Source of the DNA: the human T2T-CHM13v2.0 reference genome, Homo sapiens
Length of the DNA: 64,000 bases
Assembly: GCF_009914755.1 (NCBI RefSeq)
Contig: NC_060938.1
Strand: one strand, 5' to 3'
A model generated the notes under the pieces. That model saw only the letters and a list, made by a program, of their open reading frames with translations, searched no databases and was not told where the DNA came from. Shown here piece by piece: positions 1 to 13,899 of this stretch; the stretch's first letter is position 1; every line of letters begins with the position of its first letter. A program made the translations under genes and the position numbers.

Positions 1-176
1 AATTGGATTTTTTCTCTTCTGAATTTACAAATGAAAATAGTCACAGACTGAAGGTTAATGGAACTGGGGCAGTCATTTTTCTCATAGTCATAATATACAG
101 GTGAAGGTGAAGGAACTGAAAGGATGAAAATAAGAGTGGAACCTCTCCTGGTTATACCTAACAAACTGCTTTCTAA

Positions 177-481
<305 letters not shown>

Positions 482-614
482 TCTAAAGTTTTATTTTCCA
501 TTGTCATACTGTGATCTCATTTAGAAGTTGCTAGTACATACCAGAAGAATGCTTTTACCTGTGTGGCATGATAAAGATTCCACTAACTTGGAAACTGGTT
601 ATTCTGACCACTAT

Positions 615-1110
615 GAAATGTTGACTCTCAACTCCCCACAAAAGACTACCAAAGAAACCTGTGACTCAAGGAAACCAAAGTTTTAAACTCACAGCAGCAA
701 AGGATAAAGTCACCTTGACAGATTCTCTATAGAGACAGAAAGAAGAATTTAGGGAAGAATATATATATGATTTTTGTTTTGGGCCAAAGTGGTTTAAGGC
801 AGATCTTTCAAAGAGGGAAACTGGTTGAAATTGGGCAAAATTCATGACCTAATAGTTTAAAATTCATAAGCACAATGAGGTGAGGAATTGGAGACAATTC
901 TTGATAAGGAAACTGTTGTCTGATAAGGAAGCTGTTTGACCAGATGAGTAAGCTATTTGCTCAGGTAATTTGGTTTGCAAGAATTTCCTGAAGCAGTGGG
1001 GTTATTTGTTAGCATACAGCTTTATTTTTATTTGTTAGTATACAGCTTTATCTTTCTTGGCAAGAATTTCCTGGTAAAACAGTTAAGACATGTTGACACA
1101 AGTGTCCTCA
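615..1110. mobile_element. Probable old ERVL/ERV-type LTR fragment, family uncertain
   Basis: LTR-like composition with internal repeated gcaagaatttcctg; family recognition weak. Confidence 0.3.
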
Positions 1111-1173
1111 ATCCTCAAAACTAGGCTTAAGAAAACAGTATTTCATAAAAATTGACTGAGGCGATAGATCTTG

Positions 1174-1551
1174 TGTTATGGACTGAGTTGTGTCTCCCTG
1201 TCAAATTCATATGTTGAAGCCCTAACCCCCAGTTCAACTGTGTTTGGAGATAGGGCCTTTAGGAAAATAATTAAGGTTGACTGAGGTCCGAAAGATGGGA
1301 TCCTAATCTGTTAAGACTGGTGTCCTTATAAAAGAGAAAAGACACCAGAGAACTCTGTCTTTCTGCCTGGGCACAGACAAAAAGCCATTTGAGAACACAG
1401 GGAGAAGGTGGCTGTCTGAAAGCCAGGAATAGAGAAGCCAAAAGCCAACAGTGGGAGCACTGATCTTACAGCCACCAGAAAAAAATATTTTTGTTGTTTA
1501 AACCACCCATGCCTTGGTATTCTGTTATGGCAGCCTATGCAGATTAATGTA
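1174..1551 (+). mobile_element. MLT1A-type MaLR solo LTR
   Basis: tgttatggactgagttgtgtc...aaattcatatgttgaagccctaacccc...ggagatagggcctttagg...gttatggcagcc...taatgta. Confidence 0.85.
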
Positions 1552-3979
1552 CCCTGAGGATCAAAGGCAGATAGTGTTACTGCTATGAAATAGAGGAGGA
1601 GGAGTATGAATAGAACTCAGCATGAACTCTTGTTATAATAATCACTTAGACAAAACCTAACAAAGATTGCCATTATCCTGACAGACAGATCTACCAGGAA
1701 CCACTTAAAAAGAAACGTAAGGGCTTTCTTACTAAGCAAGATTCACAATCAGTGCATTACCCATCAAAATAAGAGAAGAAAAAATAGGTGGAAGATAAAG
1801 GACATCATTAATTGGCTGCAAGAATAAGAATGATAGCCTATGTTCTATCCTTGCTTGTTATATTACTTGGTCAGGTAAGTCTTCTCCAAAACTCATCTTG
1901 TTTTAATGTGATCTCATTATGTAATGTTATTTAACCACAGATTGTACTTCCATTGCATCAAGGGTTGAGATGTGCAGTATAAATCCTTGAGAAATGCTTA
2001 GAAGTTTTCAGATGAAGAAAACTTTATGCATAGACAGCCAAACATTTCTGAGTATTCTTGGGTTTCCGAGAATGTCGTGACATCTTATATGGAACCTGCT
2101 GTGATTTCGCATCTCACTCTAAAAATCCTCACCAAATGACCGGAGACTCCAAATGGCTCCCTTTTTCAGGCTCTTCTGAATACTGCACCCAGAATAGTCA
2201 ACTCATAACAACAAGAATAAAAATAAATTGACTACTCCCCTGGGCATGTATTTGTAGCAGATTCCAGTAATACAATGACAAGAACATTCTTTAAACTCTA
2301 ATGTCCTGCCTTTTTGTGCTTTTATAGGTTCTGCTATTGATTTGTTTATATTCTATTTGCTTGTTAATGGTCTAGAAATATACTGTACAGTATCTAAAAC
2401 ACCATCATCATACTTGACTCCTCTCCTTTTTCTCTTTTATTTGTAGCAATATCTGGAATTTCTCATGAAGAATAAGATAGGAATACAAGTAGTTTTATCT
2501 TCAGTAGTGATGAAGATAGATATTTACTAGAATATATAAATGGACAAACAGGGAAACTAGAATGTTGAAATAAACTAAGATTTAATCCCTTGCCTCAGAC
2601 AGGCTATAAAAATGATATTAGGGATTTGCTACAGAAACAAAAGAAAACTGCTGTTTTTAATTCTTTCTTGGCTTAATCATCCAAAAGTTTAATAAGCTGT
2701 GTACCTAAATGGGAGATGGATTTTACAATTTTGGAATAACAGTATGTTTATAAATCTCTTTTGTACCTCTTCTGCACTGAAACTAGAGAGCCGTCATTTT
2801 AATTGAGCTTCAGATGGACAAAATTCTTACTTTCCTTACAAATCAATGTTTTTAAATAACCAGGTGGAACAGTCACTATGGTTCATAGATGCATTTTCAG
2901 TTACTCAAGGATTTATAATATTAAGGAGTGGAAGCATGTTTTTTTTTTTTTTTTTAATTCTTCACTGGTCCAACCATGATGCCTTCACCAAAGTTGGGGA
3001 CTGTAACCGAATGCTCAGAAATGTGTTCCCCTCTTTAATCAATGCTAAGATGCACGTATTTTCATATTTTAACATTGCTTAAACTGAATTATCTACATGT
3101 AATTATCATAAGTTTTTCCTCCCCAAATATGTTAATGCATCAATTGTTTCTTCTGACTGATAATATCTTAAATTGGGGAAGGAAGGATAAGTATAAAAAT
3201 TCTTTCGGCTATCACTCTACAATCTCAGGACCGAATTGAGATATCTGTCCTTTACAGTCCAATAAAAGTTATATTTATTGAGGCTTTTCCACCTGCCAGG
3301 CACTGTGCCAGATTTGTTCTTGATTGAGAATTTTATTTTATTCAATTAAATTCGAAGGCTTAGGGTTTTTTGTTGCTTGTTTCTTTTGTTTTTATGCAAA
3401 GTGAAAAATCACTTCTCAGGGACTAGTTTCTTCTCTAAAAAAGAACATTCTTTAGAATAGAGCAGAGCAAACCCATTCAGTGATAGATTTCCTTGACGCT
3501 TGATTCGTGACTGTCCAACCTGAAAGCACTCACTCGGAAGCCACAGTAGCATGGGCAGGGAAAATTACAGGACACAGAGCCAGTCACTACTGAAGCATGA
3601 CAAATGAAGGCAGAAGGTCTCTGCCTGGTAAGGGCAAGTGGACTGCTCCCCCATCTCCCTGAGCCCTGGGCTTCACAGCATCTTGTACTGCCTCGAATAG
3701 CGGGCAACCAGCAGCCCTGAAACCTACATATGATAATCTGAAATATCTGCATTTATGATTAAATGTTTGAGTATTTACCTCCCTTTGTTCCTTTCTCCCC
3801 TCCACCCCTGCCTTGTGGTTGTCTACATTCCCTTAGCCTTGCTGCACGTGCCTTCAAATGTTATGAGAAAAATGGACTAGAAAGTAGAAATATAGATATC
3901 TCAAAGTCATTTGTCTGTATGCCCTGATTTCCTAGCAAAGATGTGAAACTGCCATGATATTGCACTTTGAAATTATTGC

Positions 3980-4205
3980 TCCAGAATCAGGGTACTGAAG
4001 TTTGCACCCCAGCTCTACTGCTCATGAACTGTGACCTTAGGCAATTTACTCAACCTCCTTATATCTCAGGTTTTAATATTTAGGAAATTGCACAACAATT
4101 CCTTTTTGATACAGTCGTTGTGAGGATTAGGTAAGATGATGCAATGCAAACTGTTTAACACGATGCCTGACATATAGCACAGGATCAATAAATGTGATGG
4201 CTATT
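3980..4205 (+). mobile_element. MIR SINE
   Basis: ctgtgaccttaggcaatttactcaacctc...gttgtgaggatta...tgcctgacatatag...caataaatg MIR core and 3' end. Confidence 0.8.
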
Positions 4206-5802
4206 CTTAATGTTGAGTTTTAATTAATCTAAGGAATCTCTTTCTACTAAATCTCCATGTCAGTAAGTTACTAGCCAAAAGTAGCTTAAACTAAGGACAG
4301 CTCAACCAATAGAAGAATGATTTTCTTTAGCTGATTGCAGGATTAAATTGTCACAAAAATATCTCGATAGATAAATAAATAATGACAGCACCGGAATTAA
4401 AATTTCAATTGGTAATTAAATACAATTCCTCAAAAATTATATTCAAAAGTATTAGTCTACTGCATTATAATTAGACATTTTATACGTAGTTCACCTGCCT
4501 TTGAATTTTGACATTGCCTGAAATTCCCCTGCTTCTACATCTATTCCTCTCTCCATTATTTCCCCTAACCATTAATTCCTACATAAATTAACTTATTTAT
4601 GCATTCGCTTATCCATTCAAATATTGTCATAGTATGTGGCTTTTTCTTCCCATACAAATTTTAAATTTACTTTGATTTTTAAAAATTCTATATAATTTTT
4701 CCTTGCCGATTGTAGTCTAATACTTAGTTTTTATCATTATCACATTTTTAGGCAAGGTTTGCATCGCAATTTTGTTTGCATACAAAGAAATCATAATGTC
4801 TTATACATTTATGTGTCTTAAATGCAATACTAGTCTAATTGATGTTCCTTAACTTGGATGTGATTAAAGACAATGATTTTTTTGGATTCTTTCTCCTGCC
4901 AATTCTCATTATTCATTAAGTGCTTCTTATTTCCTCTCTGCATGAAGGATACTCCTGAAGAATTATAAATGTCAGGTAACTTGAATTATCAGAAAGTCCT
5001 ATTCAGATGTGGATGGCCTATGTTTAGATTTGTAATATGATCTTCTAGAGAATATCTCACAAACATGTTAGAAAGTAATATATTTTGGCTTAGTATTAGA
5101 AAGAATGTCATAAAGTGCTGAATTGCACTAGAATGAATTTTTTAAGACGACGAAGTCCCTCCTAATGAACAGACCAAGAAGAGCCTGTGATATTATTCAT
5201 CAGAAGTGCTGCAGGTGAATTTGACAGAATAATTAGGCAACAGCTCTAGCTAAGGCACCTTCTTACTCAGACAGTTTGTTGTTGTTTAAGTTAGTGATTT
5301 CCACATATAGAAACCTGGTAGGTGGAGAATCTGGTAAGAACAAGATCTGGATCTCAGACATGTATTAATTTGTGGTCAGAGAGGAGAAGAAAAAAATATT
5401 TTAGGTTGGAGGCAGGGACTTGTCATTTGTTCAAGTTGGGATGCAAGTGGCAGATAAGGGTGATGGCAGTCCCAGGCCATGGTCAGAATGGCTCAAGATA
5501 GAGGAAGCTAATACTATGCTTCCTCTCTACTGCACTTCACTGCAGGAAGCAATCAAAAGGCATGCCAAGCTAAGAACTTTACAGAGAGCTGCTTTAGGGT
5601 GTATTACATCTCTGAAGCATAAACCATAGTGAAACAACAGAAGTGAAACATTTTAACATGGAAATGAATGAATCTTTTTTTAAAAAAAATATTTTGAGTT
5701 TCCTCATGTTCACCAAATAATCAGCTTCATTTTTCTTTTCCTGAATAAAATGTATTCTAAGGTTGTCTTACATCCTATCATCACCCTTTCAGGTAAAATT
5801 TG

Positions 5803-6000
5803 ATCATTCATTCATTTGGACAACATTCATAGGCCCCCAACAATGTGCCAAGCACATCTCTAGATGCTGGGGATAAAAAGATAAATTAGATTTGGTCTCT
5901 GATTTCCGGAACCAACCTCTAAGACTTACTTATGAAAAAGTTAGTCATGTAAAATAAAAGATGAATAGCAATACAGTATGATGAGTGTTATAACTGAACT
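5803..6000 (-). mobile_element. L2 LINE 3' fragment
   Basis: tcattcattcatt...atgtgccaagcac...tagatgctgggga typical antisense L2 3' end. Confidence 0.6.
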
Positions 6001-6281
6001 ATAGAGAAAAATGGAACTTCTAAGGAATCAATTATTCACCAAATTGCTATTTCCCAAGAAAAATGTTACACTAAATAGATAATTAAACTGCCTGACTTAC
6101 TGAAGTTCTAGGGGCCGGAGAATATAAAATAATCTTACATTGTTGGAAAGAACCTAAATTGTTTGCTGTTAAAATGCTTTTATGTATTTTTGAAATAGAA
6201 TCACCTTATCGTTAGGGTAATTACTTCTTTTAAGATAACAAAATCATACCCTATTGAAGCTAAATTGAGTTTGTTTTCTAA

Positions 6282-6858
6282 GCAGTGTAGAGATTCCTTA
6301 AATAACTAAAGTAGAGCTACCATTCTATCCAGCAATCCCACTACTGGGTATCTACCCCAAGGAAAATAAGTCATTATATGAAAAAGACACACGCACACAT
6401 GTTTATATCAGCACAATTCGCAAAAGCAAAGATATGGAACCAACCTAAATGTCTGTTAACCAATGAGTGGTTAAAGAAAATGTGGTATATATATACCATA
6501 GAATACTACTCAGCCATAAAATAAAAAGGAATGAAATAATGGCATTCTCAACAACCTGGATAAATTGGAGACCATTATTTTTGAGTGAAGTAACTCAGGA
6601 GTGGAAAACCAAACATCATATGCTGTCACTTGTAAGTGGGAGCTAAGCTATGAGGACACAAAGGCGTAAGAATGATACAATGGACTTCAGGGACTCATGG
6701 GGAAAAGGTCGGGGGGGCAGTGAGGGATGAAAGACTACACATTGGATATGGGGTACACTGCTTGGGTGATGGGTTCACCAAAATCTCAGAAATCACCACT
6801 AAAGAAATTATCCCCATGTAACCAAAAGCCACCTTTTCCCCAAAAACTATTGAAATAT
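6282..6858 (+). mobile_element. L1PB-type LINE-1, 5'-truncated 3' end
   Basis: ccagcaatcccactactgggtatctaccc...gaatactactcagccataaa...gtgaagtaactcagga...aaaatctcagaaatcaccactaaagaa...cccaaaaactattgaaata. Confidence 0.9.
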
Positions 6859-8647
6859 ATTTTTGAGTTTGTTTTCTGTAATAATTCATAATTATTATTT
6901 ATCCAGCCATATGAAATGATACTAATGATTTTTAAGCATTCTCTACTTACTATAAATAATATAAAAGTATTTTCCAGTGGAAGTGACTCCTCCAAATTCC
7001 AGGGTTCGTGTTTTCCAAATTCCTAAAAAGAAGGATAGTGAGGAACATAAATGTAGTTTAAATGTAAAGGTCAAAATCAGTTAAAGATATTTTTAAAAAC
7101 CCAAATATTCAGTAATTTTAAAGGAGAAGCAAACATTTATTAACACTAGTAAAGCAAATTAGGAATATATGTCTCAAATACCCAACCTTGGAGTACACAA
7201 TGTTAGATTTCACTAACAAAATATTGCTTGGATTTTTAATGAAAGTAAATCTGAAATTTTAAAAATTCAGACAATCTCTGGCAGTTGTCATCTGATCAGA
7301 GTTCTAATACTAAAGGTTTGAAGATCCACTTGTGATGGATTTGAGGACAAAACATTCTGACTGATGTGGATGCTTCTGTAACTTCTTTGAATCCTTGCAA
7401 CTTGAGGTCAATACCAGGATGCTTTTTGCAAATGCAAACGAAAGAAAATGGTTTTTTAATGATATACCCCAAAATCTTATCTGGTTGAATTTTTGTTTAA
7501 GATTAAGTAATGGGTGCTTTATTTAGATTAATTAGCAAGAAGATCACAGTAATCAATAGATAACTGAAAGACACCATCTGTTCCCTTTTCCAATTGTATC
7601 TATGAGCTTTGCATGGGTGTACCAGGGAACATGGGAGAATTAATTAGGCAGCAAATGAAATCTTCTAACAGATGGCACCCATTTACTTCTTGCAAATACA
7701 TACCAGCAAATTTGTGTGCTTTCCCTTTCATCTTGTTTACCTCCTAGAAAGTTTTGAAGAACCACTGGAGTCTGACCATCAGTTGCCCATCTGAAAAAAA
7801 AAGTTCAAAAATGTAGAAAAATTGTGTGGGACTTAGCTTCACGGGAAAATGACTGGTAGGAAATAACATCATGAGAACTTTATAAAGACTTGAAATCTCA
7901 CTTTGATAAGAGTTTAAATCAAGTTGGTTTTAATCCCAAGATCACTGTTGCTTTCCTTTTCTATTGTGTGTGGCTTTTAGTATACACTAAGAATTTTTGT
8001 TTTAATATCTTTGCATATTAATACAGAGCTCTCATTTGTTTTATAAAAGCTGTCCTCCAAAGTTTGTGTATTGATATAGTTTACATAATACATTTCTAAA
8101 TGTGGCTCTAGATATTTCTGAATCACTAAAGAAATAATATAGCAAGACCTCTAGGCCCAGTTTTATTTTATGAACTGCATCTTCAGAGGAGCAAGCTTCT
8201 GGTTTGAAGAAAAATATATTGTTCCAACAATTATCCCCACCAAAGAGCATTGCCACTTCACCATTTTTCTTTTATTTTCTTATCAGTGCGCTGAAAATAG
8301 TACTGTAAACATTCCTGCTCAATTTCATAACATGCAAATCATCCCTAAACTACTAAAATCAGGCCATACCACCCTTTTGAAATTGCTTTTTCAGAAGTCA
8401 TGATTGACATCTTAATTTTCAAATGCCATAGTTTCTTCTCTGTAGCATTTTGACAAGATTCACCACTCTTTCTCTAACTTTAAGATAATATTATCTTCTA
8501 GTGTGTCTCTTAACAAACCAAATGACATTTCTACATTTCTATTGGTCCTACTTTGTTCAACAGTTCCTTTATTTTTCCTATCATAAAACTTTGAAGAAAA
8601 ACAGTTGCTTAAATGCATATACTTCTAAGAAGTTTTATCACCTTCCC

Positions 8648-9250
<603 letters not shown>

Positions 9251-9269
9251 TGTAATGTAAAGTAACTGG

Positions 9270-10520
9270 AGAAAAAACTTTTGAGGAGGTTAAGGACGGT
9301 CTTTCTGGAGAAATGACATTGGGACAATGATTTCAAAAATAAGACTAAACCAACCATTCAAAAATAGAAAAATATATGTATTTCAGGCAGAGGAAGCTGA
9401 ACATCCAAAAACATTGTAGCAATAAGAGATAGATATGCTTAAGGAAGAAAAGAAACCTGTGTATTTGTAGAGTAGAAAGCAAGAATTCTAAGGCATGGAA
9501 CAAGATAATGGAGAGGTGAGCAAGAACTAGAGTGTGCAGAGTTTGTAGGTCACAGTAATGAGCAAAATAGATTTCCAAGAGGTGGAAGCCATTAAATATT
9601 TGTAGCAGAGAAGTAACATTATCTGATTTGTCTTTTCAGAAGTGTGAAGTATAGATAAGAAAAAAGAGGGGTAGGGGCAAGTCCAAATACCATAACATTT
9701 ATTCATTCAACAAATATTTTATGAAGGACCTATTATATTCCAGCCACTTTTTCCAAACTGGCTTGGACTAGAGTGGTGGCAGACGAGCTAGAGGGAACTG
9801 GAGAGATACAAAATACATTTTGAAGCTTGAGCAGTCAGAAATGCAGAATGAGTTATAATGAAAGGAAAAGAAAGAGAAAGGAAGAAAAGGAAAGAAAGAA
9901 AGTGAAAAAAAAGAAAGAAGAAAGAAGGAGAGAAAGAAAAAGAAAAAGAGAAAAAGAGAGAGAGTGAAAGAAATAAGAAAAGAAAGAAAAAGAGAAAGGA
10001 AGAAAGGGAGGGAGGGAAAGAAAAAAGGAAAGGAAGAAAGAAAAGTAAGAAAGAGAAAGTGAGAGAAAAAGAGAGAAACGGAGAGAAAGAAAAAGAGAGA
10101 GAAAGAAAGAGAAACAGTGAGTGGGAGGAAGGGAGGGAGGGGGGAGAAAGAAAGAGAAAGAAGAAAGAAAAAGGAAAGAAAGAGGGAGGAAGGGGGAGAG
10201 AGAGAAAGAGGGAGGAAGGGGGGAGAGAGAGAGAGAAAGGAAGGAAGGAAAGAGAGGGAGGAAGGGAGGGAGGGGGGAGAGAGAAAGAAAGAGGAAGGAA
10301 GGAAGGAGGGAAGACTTCTGGGTTGAAAGAAAGAAAAGTAAAAAGAAAGAGAAAGACGAAAGACTTCTGGGTTCTTGGCTTGAGCAACAAGGTGCAGCTT
10401 TTCTACATGGGATATATGGAAAGGGTTAGGTCAGAGTCTGGAGCAAAGAATCATGAACTCTGTTTTAGATATCACAGGTGTAAGAAGCATATTCATCACC
10501 TATGTTCAGATTTAGTGTCT
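9270..10520 (-). mobile_element. Degraded L2 LINE fragments flanking the purine tract
   Basis: ggaagccatt...agcagagaagtaacattatctgatttg and gacttctgggttcttggcttgagcaac resemble antisense L2. Confidence 0.5.
9860..10363 (+). repeat. GA-rich polypurine low-complexity tract (GAAA/GGAA/GA/GGGA units)
   Basis: ~500 bp almost purely A/G; source of the spurious K/E/R-rich and F/S/L-rich ORFs. Confidence 0.97.
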
Positions 10521-12334
10521 AGCTTTTCCAGGATGGGACCTGAGGATGGTCTTGGAGCTGGAAAACCAGGAGCAAGCCATTGAATATGTCCATCCCATCT
10601 CAGTTTCCTACTCTCATTTCCCCAGAGCATTCAAGGATACTTCAATGTTGATTTTGGTCAGGACTTAGGTTTTCTTCCTGGAAATGTAACAGTTACAAAA
10701 TCCTTGGCCTTCTTGAGTCAGGTCCTGCCTAGTCATTGACAAAACCCTCTCCCTAGAGCCATGATCTGTATCCCCTTCCAACTGAGTCACCTACCATGTT
10801 CTAAGCTCTTTTAATGAAGTCTCTTTTTTCCAGGCTTACCTCCAAGGACATGAAAAGCTGAAGCAGACTGGAAAAGTGATACCATTCAAATCATATTCCT
10901 AAAAGATTTTTAAACATTTTAATAAGCTCATCAACCTATGTCATTTCCTTCTCCTCCTCCTCCTCTTCCACTTCTTGTGCAGTTGTAATTATTATGAACA
11001 GGATATAATGGTTTATAAATAATGTTCGAGTTTCTTGGTTTTAGGACTTTTTGTAAAATAAGCACCAAAACCAAAATAGTCTTTAATGACTCCATTAAAG
11101 AAGAAAGCATATCTTTTATAATTTCTTAACACTACGTACTTCTCAACATCATCAAGTCTCCCTCAAATGAAAAATAAACTAAATTGTTTTTAATATTTTT
11201 TAATGCCATTACTAAAATACAGTGCACTAAGAAAGAACCAACTAAAATTCCTAAATTAATGCTTTATAATATTACAGTGATGTGTACTGTTTAATTAAGG
11301 CCATAGACCAGTTGATTATCAAAGATTTTTTTTTTCCTTTTGATCTAATGATTGTTTGATATTTTTTCTAATCCCATTACTAACTTGTCTCATCCATTAA
11401 CCTACGTAAGTGGAGTGTGAAAAATGCATTCATAAATTTAAGTTAAATTTTTTTTAAATTGCAGCATGTGAAATCTACTTAATAAATTCACACCAACTCC
11501 ACAAAGCATTGGGGCAATTTATAAACAATACATATGATAAAAAAATTTATAATCAATGAGAATTTAATAAGTTGCAGAAATATTTTTCAGGGAAAGTAAA
11601 GATTTTCAGAGTATTATGTTTTAAAATAACTGCTTTATATGGAACTATATACATAAGACTGAGTGATATAATACTCAAAAAATACATAATTGTAGTTTTT
11701 GCACATTATAAGTAATACAAAAAAGTCTATGCTAGATATGTATTATAACATAATACCATTAAACATGCTTACTAAGCTGTCCTTTTGACACCTAGTATCA
11801 ACTTGTAGACACTTTTATGGGGAAGGAAAAAAAGTCACACTAAGAATAATGTATCTTGAATTATTACCAAAACAATGTCTCACATTGTGAGCACATTCTT
11901 TTCATATATTTATCTCTGTCTCTCCTCTAACCTGGAAATTTTAATATGTAGCCGAATTGTGTTGTATATTGTAAAGAACTTAAAAGCAATTATATAATTT
12001 CAATACATTTGCATTTGTTTTTCTTTGCAATCTTACACTTAGAGAAAGAACATTAATTTGCTCTTTGCCACCAAACTAAACAAAAGTAGAAATGACCCTG
12101 CTAACTCTATTTCTGCAATTTTACTTATAATAGCATTTAAAAACTCATTGATTTATATGCATTTCCATATTCCAATTTGAAATATTCACATAACAAAGCA
12201 TAAATTGAGTGCCCATACTTGAAAACAAGTAAATAGTTTAAAATGTATTCCCTGAACCCACTGAGAATTCTTTCAAGCCTACATTATTCAGGAGAATGCA
12301 TGCAGCTGTTTAAATTGATATCCTTATCTCTTTC

Positions 12335-12640
12335 TCCAGGATGGCAGGTCTGGGGTCTTCTTATTTACTACTGCATTAAGCACAGAGCCTAGTACCTAAT
12401 AAGAGCTCAATAAATATATGTTGCATGGATAATAACTAAATTCATGTTTAAAATTATCATGTGCTGATCAGTTTCTATATTAATGCAGGAACTGTCTTGA
12501 GATCCATATGAGTTTTTGACCATTGTCTCCTTCACTAGGCCGTAATGAGGGTCCTTGAGGACAGGTACCACATTTCATTTTCCTTTATATTCTCAGTGCT
12601 TTGTTAATAGAAGTTAGTCAATAACTATTTGTTAAGTGGA
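12335..12640 (+). mobile_element. L2 3' end fragments
   Basis: agcacagagcctagtacctaataagagctcaataaatatatgttg; ccttgaggacagg...tcaataactatttgtt. Confidence 0.6.
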
Positions 12641-13584
12641 TAGTGATTTTAAACAAACATAGCTTACAAAATAATGACAGGCATAATCAACAGATTTGAC
12701 AGAATAAAAATGAGAAAAAACAATGGTTGTGGCATTCCTAGATTTTATATGAAACCTACACATGCATATATTGTATAGATGTATGTCACTGTGTTTAACA
12801 TATTACTATTTTATTTTAATAAATGGATCTATAGGTCAGTATATTTATTGGTTTGTTCCCTGACTCTTTTGTCAAATAAGTTGGAATCAGGAATTTACTT
12901 GCCCTATTAGGTACCATTATGTTTCTAAAAAACATAAGACAACTTTACTACATTATGCCATTGTATGTCATCAAAAATGAACATTATTTTGTATCTGTAT
13001 GCCCATTATAGTGTAACCATTTTGAGGAGAGGAGATGTTACCTTAGTCATTTGTGAAACTCCAGCTCCAAGTTTAGAGTACACCATGTGTTTTACTAATA
13101 AGCCTTAGAGAATTTGGATTACTATAGAGCAATAATTCTCTTGGGAGCTGAATTGACAACTTGTTAACCATTGGAAAATACAATATTATGTGTTACTTGA
13201 TTACACAAATAAAACCTGTTTACTAAAAAAGCAAAACTGGCACATGGACGTGTCAATTGCCTTAAACTGCCGGATTCAATCTGCCAATGTCAATCAAAGG
13301 TCTCTACATTGTACACTTTCTTTGAGATATCAATTTTGTTTAGAGAATTTTCTCTTTGGGAAATAATGAATGATTTGTGATTGGATTTAGCTACAGATGT
13401 TTTCTGGTAGCATTTTAATAATAAATACCTGTAAATAACTGAAGTAGCCAACATTGTATCACGGCTATAAAAAAAAACCTAAGATAATCTGCATAATGAA
13501 ATAAAACTTCAATGCATATTATGTTTTAAATGAATATATATTTACAAGGGTATATGCTCATGAAACATAAGACAAAAACAAGGC

Positions 13585-13612
13585 CACACACACACAGACA
13601 CACACACACACA
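13585..13612 (+). repeat. (CA)n microsatellite, interrupted
   Basis: cacacacacacagacacacacacacaca. Confidence 0.9.
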
Positions 13613-13899
13613 GAGTATATAGCATAACCTTATCCCTACCAAATATAAAGTAATAAAGATATCTATAATAACATATGTAGAACTATTAAATAATATTTCC
13701 CTCTAGCTGATTTTCTGTATTTTAAAATATTTCTACAGTAAGTATATCTTGTTATATAATAAAATACGATTATTTTAATGGTAAAATATGGCATGTTTTT
13801 AGAGAATATTAGGAGTATTTTGAAAAACACATATAAGAAAATAAAAAGCCATAATATAATTACCCAGACATAAACACCATAACATTTCATACACATCCC

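Noticed and set aside
9788-10583. Long ORFs (200 aa F/S/L-rich on -, 174 aa K/E/R-rich on +)
   Set aside because: Artefacts of the stop-free polypurine tract
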